From assembly GCA_016699245.1 (NCBI GenBank), contig CP064968.1, forward strand, positions 985,015-1,049,014: DNA of 64,000 bases, in the 5' to 3' direction. Each line of letters starts with the position of its first letter. Within the stretch, counting starts at the first letter, position 1. Below, piece by piece: positions 28,719-38,580 of the stretch. The notes under the pieces were generated by a model. The model was not told where the DNA came from and did not search any database. It saw only the letters and a program-made list of their open reading frames with translations. The position numbers were made by a program, and so were the translations under genes. Source of the stretch: Candidatus Kaiserbacteria bacterium (GTDB lineage Bacteria > Patescibacteriota > Minisyncoccia > Phycocordibacterales > UBA918).

Positions 28719-29876
28719 ATGGTCCACAGTACACGTTTACGAATACTCGTCTTATTTATACTGTCAGTATTGTTTTTCCCATTTCGTGGAAAAGCAACGC
28801 GGGTAAAAAAGGATACTAAAAGGGTAGGAATCATCTACCTCACCGGAAATGTGGGTGATATGGTTTTCTGTACGCCTGTATTTCGAGCACTGAAAAACGC
28901 AAAGCCAGAGAGTGAAATGTATGTTATTGGGCGCAAGCGAAATGCTGATACCCTCAGGTATAACCCCGACGTGCACACGTACATTGAATGCCCACAGACA
29001 GTACGCGCACTCTTTAAAGAAGTGCGTTCACTCAAGCTCGACTACGCATACCTCCTCAACCCCTCAGTACTCGAGCTCGCCATTTTTTACCTTGCGGGTG
29101 TTCCTGCCATTGCAACTTTTTCTGCACCCGTTGCATCTGCAGAAACAAAAACATATAAAATACTCAAGCACCTCTGTCTCCAGATTCCATTTACTGCAGG
29201 AGCGAACTTTGCTACCGAAAACTTAAGACTGCTCAGTCCTCTCGGCATAGTCTCGACGGATGTACGAAAACACCTTTTCTTTTCGGAGGAGGCGGACGCC
29301 GCTATCTTGGAGTTTCTAAAAGAAAATCATGTTACCCCCAGAGTAGATTTCATCATTGCACTTGCCCCCGGAGCAGGTACCAAAGAGAAGCAGTGGCCTG
29401 CAGATAGATTTGCCCGGCTTGCAGATTATCTCTATGCAAAATATGGGAAACCTATATTTATAGTGGGAGGGCCAGGTGACACAGAAGAATTCAAGCAGAT
29501 GTCTCTTGCACTCAGTCGAAAGACACAGATTGTCTCATGTCTTCATCACTCTATTGATGAACTCAAAGCATTTATGTCGCATATTGATTTGATTGTTGCA
29601 AATGATAGCGCCCCAATCTATATTGCTGAAGCATTTGATAAGGCTACGGTCACCATCGTGGGTCCTACCGATGAAAGTGAGCACCCACCCACAGGTCCAA
29701 AACATCGTTTGGCAAAGAGTACGGGAAGAGGGGCTCCGGTACTCGCTGCATGGAATCTAGAGCGCCAACCTGAAATCCAAAATGATGCATTAGAACAGAT
29801 TGCACAAGTTACCTATGAGGACGTAGAGCGTGTTGTGGATGAATTGATTATTTCTCTCGTACAGAAACGATACTGA
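28719..29876 (+). CDS. glycosyltransferase family 9 (heptosyltransferase-like)
   Basis: ..GAGTKEKQWP..FIVGGPGDTEE.. and ..DLIVANDSAPIYIAEAFDKATVTIVGPTD.. match the GT9 (ADP-heptose:LPS heptosyltransferase) fold motifs. Confidence 0.7.
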   Translation: MVHSTRLRILVLFILSVLFFPFRGKATRVKKDTKRVGIIYLTGNVGDMVFCTPVFRALKNAKPESEMYVIGRKRNADTLRYNPDVHTYIECPQTVRALFKEVRSLKLDYAYLLNPSVLELAIFYLAGVPAIATFSAPVASAETKTYKILKHLCLQIPFTAGANFATENLRLLSPLGIVSTDVRKHLFFSEEADAAILEFLKENHVTPRVDFIIALAPGAGTKEKQWPADRFARLADYLYAKYGKPIFIVGGPGDTEEFKQMSLALSRKTQIVSCLHHSIDELKAFMSHIDLIVANDSAPIYIAEAFDKATVTIVGPTDESEHPPTGPKHRLAKSTGRGAPVLAAWNLERQPEIQNDALEQIAQVTYEDVERVVDELIISLVQKRY

Positions 29877-29913
29877 TTTTAAATTTATTATTTCTTATGA
29901 TACATTTGACGCT

Positions 29914-30960
29914 ATGAAAAAGGCATTAATTACAGGAATTACAGGACAAGACGGCTCATATTTAGCTGAATTTTTGTTGGACAAAGGATATGAAGTGCAC
30001 GGTGTTATGCGAAGATGCAGTACGGAACCGTTGATTCGAATCCAGGATATCGTGTTTGAAGGGAAGGTCACTCTCCATATGGGAGATTTACGAGATTATG
30101 AAGCCATTAAGCGAATCATCACAAAGGTTTCTCCTGATGAAATATACAATCTCGCAGCACAATCAGATGTAGGGATTTCTTTTATGTGCCCTGAAGAAGC
30201 GTTTGCGATAAACTATGAAGGAGTGGGAAATGTTGTAAAAGCGGCATTCGAACATAATAAAAACATTCGTATATACCAAGCATCCACCAGTGAAATGTTT
30301 GGTAAGACGAATCCACCGCAAAGTGAATCAGCACTGTTTCAGCCCGTGAGCCCGTATGCCGAAGCAAAACTCAAAGCACATGAAGAGTACGTTGTTGGGT
30401 ACAGAGACAATCATGGTATGCACATATCTTCAGGTATCCTTTTCAATCACGAATCACCACGAAGAGGGAAGCACTTTGTGACACGAAAAATTACCCACTC
30501 GCTTGCAAAAGTGAAACTGGGGCTTCAGACACATGTTACCCTTGGGAATCTTGAATCAAAACGTGATTGGGGATTTGCAGGCGATTATGTGGAGATGATG
30601 TGGCTTATGCTTCAGCAAGAGATACCTGACGACTATGTCATTGCAACGGGAGAATCTCGTTCAGTTCGTGATTTTGTTGAAGCAACAGCAAAGGCTCTTC
30701 ATATGGATATAGCATGGGAAGGCGAAGGAGTTAAGGAGGTAGGAAAAGACGCACAGGGAAATGTCATTGTGCGTATCTCAGAGAAGTTTTATCGACCTGC
30801 AGAAGTAGACTACCTCCTTGGTGACGCCTCGAAAGCAAAAGAGAAATTAGGTTGGACCCCAAAAACATCTTTTCAGGAACTTGTAGATATGATGGTTGCA
30901 TCAGACCTGAATGATGCAAAGTTTGAAGAGCTTAAAAAACAAGTCAACATGCAAAATTGA
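29914..30960 (+). CDS. gmd: GDP-mannose 4,6-dehydratase (paralog 2)
   Basis: ITGITGQDGSYLAEFLLDKGYEVHG and ..LFNHESPRRGKHFVTRKIT.. Confidence 0.9.
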   Translation: MKKALITGITGQDGSYLAEFLLDKGYEVHGVMRRCSTEPLIRIQDIVFEGKVTLHMGDLRDYEAIKRIITKVSPDEIYNLAAQSDVGISFMCPEEAFAINYEGVGNVVKAAFEHNKNIRIYQASTSEMFGKTNPPQSESALFQPVSPYAEAKLKAHEEYVVGYRDNHGMHISSGILFNHESPRRGKHFVTRKITHSLAKVKLGLQTHVTLGNLESKRDWGFAGDYVEMMWLMLQQEIPDDYVIATGESRSVRDFVEATAKALHMDIAWEGEGVKEVGKDAQGNVIVRISEKFYRPAEVDYLLGDASKAKEKLGWTPKTSFQELVDMMVASDLNDAKFEELKKQVNMQN

Positions 30961-31016
30961 TATTCTTTGCATAACTAAAAATCTATTAGCAATATGCACA
31001 TAACTACGTAAAGAAT

Positions 31017-31406
31017 ATGCAGATACTCATTCCGTGCTCACCGGGGGAACTCATCGATAAGATTACTATTTTGGAAATTAAACTGAGTGAGATTACTGAT
31101 GTAGCAAAAATTGAGAATATAAAAAAAGAACTCTCGCTTCTCACGGAGGTGCTTAATCGGGAAATTCCTAGTTCGGAAGCACTTGAAGTGCTCCATACTG
31201 AATTAAGAACTGCCAATAAGAAAATTTGGGATACGGAGAATGATGTTCGGCAGTTTTGGAATGAAGACGCACTCTTTCTTAAAGCGTCCCGTGGCTCGCA
31301 TTTTAATAATGATGAGCGTGCGCGGGTGAAGCGGGCAATCAATGAACTGCTTGGGTCAGGAATCATGGAGGAAAAGTCACACCCGAAGTATGAACAAAAA
31401 ATGTAG
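31017..31406 (+). CDS. hypothetical protein embedded between GMD paralogs
   Basis: ORF only. No recognisable family. Confidence 0.3.
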   Translation: MQILIPCSPGELIDKITILEIKLSEITDVAKIENIKKELSLLTEVLNREIPSSEALEVLHTELRTANKKIWDTENDVRQFWNEDALFLKASRGSHFNNDERARVKRAINELLGSGIMEEKSHPKYEQKM

Positions 31407-32415
31407 ACGAGCCTGTATCACGGGTGCGTTTGGTCAAGATGGATCATATCTTTCTGAACACCTGCTCAGAGAGGGTTATGAGGTGCTCGGCTTGGTGCAT
31501 AGAGATGATGTGGATGCACAGAGCGCTATCTTCCAACTACTTACCGCGCACCCCCATTTCACTCTCTGTGTCGGCAGCCTTTCGGACCTTAATTCATTTG
31601 CATCAAAGATTGATGCATTTGCTCCCGATGAGATTTATAACCTCGCCGCTATTTCTGATTTAAAAACTGCACGAGAGCATCCAGAACTCACGATGGACGT
31701 TAATTTTCATGCGGTCCGAAACCTTGTCGAACACAGTACAGGTACCAACTCCGACGTGCGCATATTTCAAGCACTTTCTTCAAGAATACTTACCCCCGAT
31801 ACAGAAGGAGTAATCACAGAGGAATCAACTCTTATGGAGTCTCAAAATGCGTATGACAGGGCAAAACGTGCGTCATACGAGGAAGTGGTACTTCCATACC
31901 GAAACAAAGGATTTTTTATTGCGTCAGGGTTTTTATGCAATCACGAATCTCCACGGAGAGGTGAACGTTTTGTTACCGGAAAGATTGCACAGAGTGTCGC
32001 GCGTATTGCATCGGGTAAAGAGGAGGTTTTGTATGTGGGAAATGTCGGTGCAAAAAGGGATTGGAGTTATGCAGGAGATTTTGCTGTTGCGATGCACGCC
32101 ATCCTTTGCCTTGAATCACCCGATGATTTTGTTATCGGTTCAGGAGAACTCCATACGGTGCAGGATTTTATTGATGTGGCGTTTAGGGTTACCGATATAA
32201 AATTAACTTGGGAGGGAACTGGTGTCGATGCAAAAGCCTACGACACGAAGGGAAACCTTCGTGTCGCTGTGGATGAGCGGTTCTATCAGCGTGATGATAA
32301 TCCTGTGGTATCAGATACCACTAAAATTCGGGAGGTTACCGGATGGTCACCCAAAGTTTCTTTTGAGGAATTGGTTACACGGATGGTTGAGGCAGAACTT
32401 GAAAAATTGCAATAA
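31390..32415 (+). CDS. divergent GDP-mannose 4,6-dehydratase-family NDP-sugar dehydratase (paralog 3)
   Basis: ..ITGAFGQDGSYLSEHLLREGYEV.. and ..LCNHESPRRGERFVTGKIA.. Start set at the MNKKCRR Met; the ORF track starts at 31342. Confidence 0.75.
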   Translation: MNKKCRRACITGAFGQDGSYLSEHLLREGYEVLGLVHRDDVDAQSAIFQLLTAHPHFTLCVGSLSDLNSFASKIDAFAPDEIYNLAAISDLKTAREHPELTMDVNFHAVRNLVEHSTGTNSDVRIFQALSSRILTPDTEGVITEESTLMESQNAYDRAKRASYEEVVLPYRNKGFFIASGFLCNHESPRRGERFVTGKIAQSVARIASGKEEVLYVGNVGAKRDWSYAGDFAVAMHAILCLESPDDFVIGSGELHTVQDFIDVAFRVTDIKLTWEGTGVDAKAYDTKGNLRVAVDERFYQRDDNPVVSDTTKIREVTGWSPKVSFEELVTRMVEAELEKLQ

Positions 32416-32417
32416 CC

Positions 32418-33686
32418 TCAAAACGTTACAATTTCAAATTTTGGACAGGGTACGATAAATGCACCGCCGTTTTTTAGATAGTCTGCTTCTCGAATTTTAA
32501 ATTCATGAATGAAATGCCATGGAAGGACAAGCATGTAATCAGGTTTCTTGCTGCGTGCTTCATCTTCAGAAAAGATAGGAATATTTGAACCTGCGGTTTT
32601 CTTTCCATATTTTATTTCAGAGCGTTCTGCGATACCGTCTATATGCGAATTATTGAGCCCGTACCATTGGAGCAGGGTATTGCCTTTTGTTGAGGCTCCA
32701 TACCCCCACACCGTTTTTCCCTCTGCCCGCACCTTTAGGATAAACTCCATTGTTTGTTTTTTCAGTTCTTGGATTTTATCAAAGAAGGAGAGATACGTCT
32801 GTGGATCTTTGAGGTTCATTTGCTCCTCGAGTGCACGAATACCCTCTACCCGCATTTCAGCAACGTCTCGATAGGGTGAGGTGGCAAAAAGAGATGCGGT
32901 CGCATTTTTCTTTCGGATATAGATTCTGAAACTTCCTCCATTGATATCATTTAACTCACAGTCAACGACTGAAAAGTCGTGTTGGTCGAGGAGGTAGGTG
33001 AGGGATTCGAGACTGTAGTACTCAAGATGTTCATGGCAGATGTTATCGAAAGCAAGTTGTTTGAGCATAAGGGGGAGATAACTCATTTGAATTATCCAGA
33101 GCCCTTCATCATCGAGCGCTGCGCTAATGTCGTTTACAAATGCATGAGGATCTTCCAAGTCGTAAAACATTGCGATTGAGGTGATTACCTTGGCCCGCTT
33201 ATGTCCTGTGGCTTTAAATTTTTCGGCGGTAAAGTAGTCAGCGACGATAGTATCTGCATGCTTCTTTGACTCTGCCTCAAGGAATGTGTTGAGTGCAGGA
33301 TCAAATCCAATGCGAGTTACGGAAGGGTCGACGTTTGAAAGAAGTGTGCCGTCGTTACAGCCGATATCGAGCCATACGTCGCCTGCGGTCGGGCGAATGA
33401 GTTTTGTTGCTCGCTCTGCGATTTCTTTGAGTTCATTGCGCATGGTGTTATTGGTGCCCGAGCGATACCAATACTCGCGGTACATTTCATCAAAGTCCGC
33501 AGTATGCGCAAGTTGCACAAGGCCAGACTTTGGTGCCAGCATGAGCTTAAGCTCGACAGGAGTGAGTCGTGGCTCTGCATCTTGGTCGATAAAGTCTGAT
33601 ATATGTAGTTCACCCAACGTGAAAAGCTCTACGAGCGGTTCGCCCGAGATACGACAGGTACTTCGCTCAGGAATTTGATTAGACAT
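32418..33686 (-). CDS. NDP-hexose C-methyltransferase-family SAM methyltransferase (TylCIII-like, N-terminal Zn-ribbon)
   Basis: N-terminal Cys pair (..CRISGE..) followed by the SAM-binding ..WLDIGCNDG.. and a C-terminal domain of typical length for Methyltransf_13/14 C-methyltransferases. Confidence 0.6.
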   Translation of the reverse strand: MSNQIPERSTCRISGEPLVELFTLGELHISDFIDQDAEPRLTPVELKLMLAPKSGLVQLAHTADFDEMYREYWYRSGTNNTMRNELKEIAERATKLIRPTAGDVWLDIGCNDGTLLSNVDPSVTRIGFDPALNTFLEAESKKHADTIVADYFTAEKFKATGHKRAKVITSIAMFYDLEDPHAFVNDISAALDDEGLWIIQMSYLPLMLKQLAFDNICHEHLEYYSLESLTYLLDQHDFSVVDCELNDINGGSFRIYIRKKNATASLFATSPYRDVAEMRVEGIRALEEQMNLKDPQTYLSFFDKIQELKKQTMEFILKVRAEGKTVWGYGASTKGNTLLQWYGLNNSHIDGIAERSEIKYGKKTAGSNIPIFSEDEARSKKPDYMLVLPWHFIHEFKIREADYLKNGGAFIVPCPKFEIVTF

Positions 33687-33866
33687 GGTAGGATTATAAC
33701 GTGCTAGACATTAAGGGACAAGATTGTTCCGTACGTATTGAACACATGATTTTACCATAGAAAATTATGTTAAAAGGTATATACTAGAACACAAATTTGA
33801 ATTTATTGAAATAGCGTACATTAAAACTTTAGAGAATTATATAAAGTTTTATACGAGATAACACAT

Positions 33867-34427
33867 ATGATTAAACAAGTAATTAAAAAGGGACTTGCTG
33901 CAGCGCAGATTTGTAACCCCGCTCTTGGCGTCAAAATAACTCCAGAAGCAAAAGCGGCGATTCTTTTGAAACAGGCAAAACCAGAAATGAGTATTTTTGT
34001 CGAAACGGGCACTGAATATGGGGCTATGATTGAGATGGTTGGGGATAGGTTTAAAAAAATCTACTCCATAGAATATGATAAGAAACTCTATACTGATGCG
34101 TGCAAAAAATTCTCACAAAGGAATGATATCGTTTTTATTCATGGAGATAGTGGTGTAGAACTTACCAAGGTAGTTGCTCTGTTAACAGAACCAGCACTCT
34201 TTTGGCTTGATGCACATGGAGCGGGTAAAATGACGGTTAAAAACCCATTACACTGTCCGGTGGAAAAAGAACTTCATGCTATTTTTTCTCACAGTATTCA
34301 AGGGCACGTCATCATCATCGATGACGTCCGACACTTCGACCGCCATACTATTGGGGTTATAAAGAGTCTCGCTAAAAAACATGGCTACACCGCTACAGTG
34401 GTAGATGGATTATTCGTCTTGAGATAG
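33867..34427 (+). CDS. putative SAM-dependent methyltransferase (weak)
   Basis: ..FVETGTEYG.. (motif I-like) and ..FWLDAH.. / ..VIIIDD.. patterns. Family not resolved. Confidence 0.35.
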   Translation: MIKQVIKKGLAAAQICNPALGVKITPEAKAAILLKQAKPEMSIFVETGTEYGAMIEMVGDRFKKIYSIEYDKKLYTDACKKFSQRNDIVFIHGDSGVELTKVVALLTEPALFWLDAHGAGKMTVKNPLHCPVEKELHAIFSHSIQGHVIIIDDVRHFDRHTIGVIKSLAKKHGYTATVVDGLFVLR

Positions 34428-34437
34428 TTATTCTGAT

Positions 34438-35220
34438 ATGGAACGTAAAAAAAACATCATTGGCATAATCCCTGCGCGTATGGGGTCGTCTCGCTTCCCA
34501 GGGAAGCCACTTGAGAAGATTCTTGGGCTTCCTATGATTGCGCATGTGTATTATAGGGCGAAGATGAGTGGGGTGTTGAGTGAGGTATACATTGCCACGT
34601 GTGATGAGGAGATTAAAGCGTATGGTGAGAGTATTGGGGCAAAAGTCATTATGACAAAAGATACCCATGAGCGTGCATCAGATAGAGCAGCAGAAGCGGT
34701 AGAAAAGATTGAGAAATCTACAGGAGAAATTGTAGACATCGTAGTGATGATTCAGGGGGACGAGCCGATGCTTGTTCCCGAGATGATTGATCTCTCAGTA
34801 CAGCCTTTTCATGATGATGTTACAACGAAAGTGGTAAATTTAATGGCATCCATTAAAACCGAGGCAGAGTTTGTTGATCCAAACTGTCCAAAGGTTGTTG
34901 TCGATAAAAATAGCAATGCATTATATTTTTCTCGTGAGCCAATTCCTTCAACAAAAAAATGGAAAGGGGGACCAGTACCTATGTATAAGCAAGTCTGTGT
35001 GATTCCTTTTACCCGTGAATTTCTCATTGAATATAGTTCATGGGCGCCTACACCACTTGAAGAGGTTGAGTCGATTGATATGAATCGAGTTTTGGAATAT
35101 GGCCATAAAGTGAAGATGGTGTATGAGGAGTTTGAGACATACTGTGTGGATACACCGGAAGATTTGAAGCGAGTTGAAGAGTATATGCAGAATGATATGC
35201 TGATGGAGAAGTATGGTTGA
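34438..35220 (+). CDS. kdsB: 3-deoxy-manno-octulosonate cytidylyltransferase-like (CMP-Kdo / CMP-nonulosonate synthetase, CTP_transf_3)
   Basis: ..IIPARMGSSRFPGKPL.., ..THERASDRAAEAVEK.., ..MIQGDEPML.., ..ALYFSREPIP.. and ..VDTPEDLKRVEEYM.. track KdsB along its whole length. Confidence 0.75.
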   Translation: MERKKNIIGIIPARMGSSRFPGKPLEKILGLPMIAHVYYRAKMSGVLSEVYIATCDEEIKAYGESIGAKVIMTKDTHERASDRAAEAVEKIEKSTGEIVDIVVMIQGDEPMLVPEMIDLSVQPFHDDVTTKVVNLMASIKTEAEFVDPNCPKVVVDKNSNALYFSREPIPSTKKWKGGPVPMYKQVCVIPFTREFLIEYSSWAPTPLEEVESIDMNRVLEYGHKVKMVYEEFETYCVDTPEDLKRVEEYMQNDMLMEKYG

Positions 35221-37060
35221 AACAAGTATCATCATTAGAACCTTCAATGAAGAGAAACATCTCGGAAATCTTCTTGATGCAATAAAAAAACAGTCATATA
35301 CGGATTGGGAAATTATTGTTGTGGACTCAGGCTCCACGGACAAAACTCTTGAGATTGCAAAGGAGCGTGGTGTGCAGATTATAAAAATTGAAAGTCGTGA
35401 TTTTACCTTTGGGTATTCACTCAATGTTGGTTGCAAAGCAAGTGTGGGAAAGTATCTTGTCTTCGCTTCGGCGCACGTACTTCCTGTTGATACTGAGTGG
35501 CTTTCACAACTCACTACATCGCTCAAAGATGAGAGGGTCGGGATGGTGTATGGACGACAGCAGGGAAACGACGCATCAAAGTTTTCTGAACGGATGGACT
35601 TTATGCGTATCTTCGGTACGGCTCCCTCAAGTGATAATGCCTTACTTACCTATGCTAATAACGCAAACGCTGCAATTAAAAAATCTCTCTGGGAAGAAAC
35701 GCCCTTTGATGAGTATCTTTTTGGATTAGAGGATATAGATTGGGCACGAAAGATGACGGAGAAGGGGTATCTCGTCCGGTATGAACCAAAAGCCTCGGTA
35801 TATCATATTCATGATGAGCAGTGGTACCAGGTGCTCAATCGGTATCGAAGAGAGGCCATTGCTGCTGTGCGTATTGGTCTTGCAAGACCACCACAAGCAA
35901 AACTCGGTGTTGTTTGGTTATTTATTTATTTTTTCCTTGACCTTGTCTATTCTTTCCCAAATTATACAGACACACGACTTAAAGAAATCATTAAGTTTCG
36001 TTATTACCAGTGGAAGGGAAGTCGATTAGGATGGAGTCAAGGTAAAGGTATTGATCTAGAAAGAGAGCGAAATAGCGCTTTTTTTCCTGTACAAAATTGG
36101 TCCGTTGTTATTAAAGGTCCGCATAAGGCAGAACTTGAGGAGACTGCATTGCCCGACATGAAGCCAGGGGACGTACTCGTAAAGGTAGACTATGTTGGGG
36201 TTTGTCGTACTGATTTAGAAGTACATGAGGGCACACTCGGCTACTACCGAGATGGTGTTGCTGCGTACCCTATTATTCCTGGGCATGAGTTTGCAGGCAC
36301 AATAGTGCGTATTGGATCAAATAATAAATTTCAAGAACGATTCAAAATCGGTCAAAGAATTGTGGGGGAATGTATTCTTTCACGTGATGACGCACATAGG
36401 CAGGAAGTAGGTGTTATTAATGTAAATGGTGCGTATAGTCAGTATGTCGTGGTGCCAGGTGACTCGCTCCATAAAATTCCCGAGGGAATGGACTCAAAAA
36501 CTGCAGTGCTCGCGGAGCCACTCGCGGTTGTGTTGCGTGCACTCCGTCGTATCGAATCACGCATATCAGGCAATTCAAAAATTGCAGTAGTCGGCGCTGG
36601 TCAGATTGGTAACCTCTGTACACAAGTACTTTCACTTCACGGACACAGAGTGACCCTCTTTGATAGGGATGCACAGCGACTGCGTATGGCGGGTGAAAAT
36701 GTACATCACACGTCGACGGCACTTACCGGTATAGGAGATTTTGACGTCATTGTTGAAGCGAGTGGTTCCAAACAAGCGCTGGAGCAAGTTCTCAAAGAGA
36801 GTCATGTTGATGCAACACTCCTCCTCCTCGGGTTTCCGTATGGTGATATGCAATACAACTTTGAGGACTTTGTTGGAAAGGAAAAAGTGATTGTGGGCTC
36901 GGTGGGTGCTGATGATGTTGATTTTGATAGAGCGCTCGAACTTTTACCAAAACTCGATATGAAACATTTTACTGAAGTAATTATGCCACTCCAAGATTTT
37001 CAAAAAGCATGGACTACGCATAAGACCTTCGCACACCTCAAAATCATTTTGCAGCCATGA
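35213..37060 (+). CDS. fusion protein: N-terminal GT2 glycosyltransferase + C-terminal Zn-dependent medium-chain alcohol dehydrogenase (MDR)
   Basis: N-terminal ..IIIRTFNEEKHL..IIVVDSGSTDKT.. (GT2 DxD context). From ~aa 330 ..GVCRTDLEVHEG..PGHEFAGTIV.. (MDR Zn/catalytic motifs), ..VVGAGQIGNL.. (Rossmann). Single uninterrupted ORF. Confidence 0.75.
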   Translation: MVETSIIIRTFNEEKHLGNLLDAIKKQSYTDWEIIVVDSGSTDKTLEIAKERGVQIIKIESRDFTFGYSLNVGCKASVGKYLVFASAHVLPVDTEWLSQLTTSLKDERVGMVYGRQQGNDASKFSERMDFMRIFGTAPSSDNALLTYANNANAAIKKSLWEETPFDEYLFGLEDIDWARKMTEKGYLVRYEPKASVYHIHDEQWYQVLNRYRREAIAAVRIGLARPPQAKLGVVWLFIYFFLDLVYSFPNYTDTRLKEIIKFRYYQWKGSRLGWSQGKGIDLERERNSAFFPVQNWSVVIKGPHKAELEETALPDMKPGDVLVKVDYVGVCRTDLEVHEGTLGYYRDGVAAYPIIPGHEFAGTIVRIGSNNKFQERFKIGQRIVGECILSRDDAHRQEVGVINVNGAYSQYVVVPGDSLHKIPEGMDSKTAVLAEPLAVVLRALRRIESRISGNSKIAVVGAGQIGNLCTQVLSLHGHRVTLFDRDAQRLRMAGENVHHTSTALTGIGDFDVIVEASGSKQALEQVLKESHVDATLLLLGFPYGDMQYNFEDFVGKEKVIVGSVGADDVDFDRALELLPKLDMKHFTEVIMPLQDFQKAWTTHKTFAHLKIILQP

Positions 37061-37947
37061 AGACATATATTGCTGAGTTGGTATATATGAGCTCTGCGGT
37101 ACTCGGAGAAGGTCCACTATGGGATGAGAAAAGAGGTGTACTTTGGTGGGTTGATATTGTAGGAGGGCAGGTACACAAATTCAACCCGGGAACGAAACAA
37201 GATGAGATATTTTCTATAGGTACTCCTGTCGGAGCAGTAGTCCTCGACAAAGAGGGGCACCTCATACTTGCAGTGAAAAACGGCTTTGCTCGGTACGATA
37301 CAGAAACAAATACCCTTGAAATGCTTGCGACCGTTGAGCATACAAATAAAAGTATACGGTTTAATGATGGAAAGTGTGATCCGTATGGTCGTCTTTGGGC
37401 GGGGACTTTAGCTGAAGATGGTACTCCTGATGCGGGGAGATTATTTTGCCTTGAGCATGATTTTTCAGTTACAGAAAAACAGAGTGGTGTAGGAATATCA
37501 AACGGTATTGGATGGAATGCGAATGAGGATACTATGTATTATATTGATTCGCAGAGTCAACAGGTTGTCGCATATGAGTACGATAAAGATAGTGGTGCCA
37601 TCACGCACCCGCGCACCATAGTGACGATTGATGAAGCCGAAGGTACCCCAGACGGTATGTGTGTCGATTCTGAAGGAATGGTATGGGTTGCACTTTGGGG
37701 TGGGGGAAAGGTGGTTCGCATTAATCCAGACAACGGAGAAAGACTTGCTGAAGTACAAGTTCCAGATGTTACACATGTTACTTCGTGTACATTTGGTGGA
37801 AAAGACATGAACATACTTTTTATTACGACCGCACGACAAGGACTTACCCCAGAAGAGGAAAAGAATGAACCGTATGCGGGTAGTATTTTTGCAGTTGAAA
37901 CTGATACAACAGGGCGCTTTGCCCATACATACAAAGGTGGAAAATAG
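37057..37947 (+). CDS. SMP-30/gluconolactonase/LRE-like beta-propeller (sugar lactonase)
   Basis: ..GEGPLWDEKRGVLWWVDI.. N-terminal signature of SGL-family lactonases. Confidence 0.8.
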   Translation: MKTYIAELVYMSSAVLGEGPLWDEKRGVLWWVDIVGGQVHKFNPGTKQDEIFSIGTPVGAVVLDKEGHLILAVKNGFARYDTETNTLEMLATVEHTNKSIRFNDGKCDPYGRLWAGTLAEDGTPDAGRLFCLEHDFSVTEKQSGVGISNGIGWNANEDTMYYIDSQSQQVVAYEYDKDSGAITHPRTIVTIDEAEGTPDGMCVDSEGMVWVALWGGGKVVRINPDNGERLAEVQVPDVTHVTSCTFGGKDMNILFITTARQGLTPEEEKNEPYAGSIFAVETDTTGRFAHTYKGGK

Positions 37948-38022
37948 TTGAAATTTTCTAAATTGTGTGTTTTAATCCAAACGAAGCACATTTCGTTTCA
38001 TTGATATTTACAGGAGGATGCT

Positions 38023-38475
38023 GTGAGAACAAATAAGCATGTGTACGGCGAACGCGCAATTTGGGTGAAGGGCACAGAGGCGAAAATGGCAAAAGAAGGT
38101 CATTTAACGGTCATTATTCGGGAAGGAGACCGTTCTGACCCTGTCAGGACACCAATGCAGTGGTTGCCGTTGTTTGAATCGATTCCTGTGTACTGCATTG
38201 CCGTTCCTGGCGATCAAGTAAACGGAATCGCTCCACAGTTTGAACGGGATGAAGGAATTGCCGTCAAAGTTGTCCGTCGGACGGTTACGCGACTCCTTGA
38301 TATAAAGAATAGTGACCTCAACTATTTGGGTGGATCTGCTGTCCCACGAAATAAGGAGTTCATAGAACGTTACCTTAAGGAAGAACTGTCGCCAGGGAAG
38401 ACCTTTTCTCGGTTTGCTGTCTTGACCATTTACTGGGTCGTGTATCTTCCAAAGGAACCTCCTGCTCTCGACTAA
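38023..38475 (+). CDS. hypothetical protein (GTG start, AGGAGG RBS)
   Basis: ORF with an upstream AGGAGG. No family recognised. Confidence 0.3.
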   Translation: MRTNKHVYGERAIWVKGTEAKMAKEGHLTVIIREGDRSDPVRTPMQWLPLFESIPVYCIAVPGDQVNGIAPQFERDEGIAVKVVRRTVTRLLDIKNSDLNYLGGSAVPRNKEFIERYLKEELSPGKTFSRFAVLTIYWVVYLPKEPPALD

Positions 38476-38580
38476 TACGCTTGACGCATCTTTGAACCAC
38501 CCAAAACACCGGGTGGTTTTAATTTTGATAATGCGGTGAGATGTGTAACTATGTATGGGAAAATAAGGTTAGAATACATA

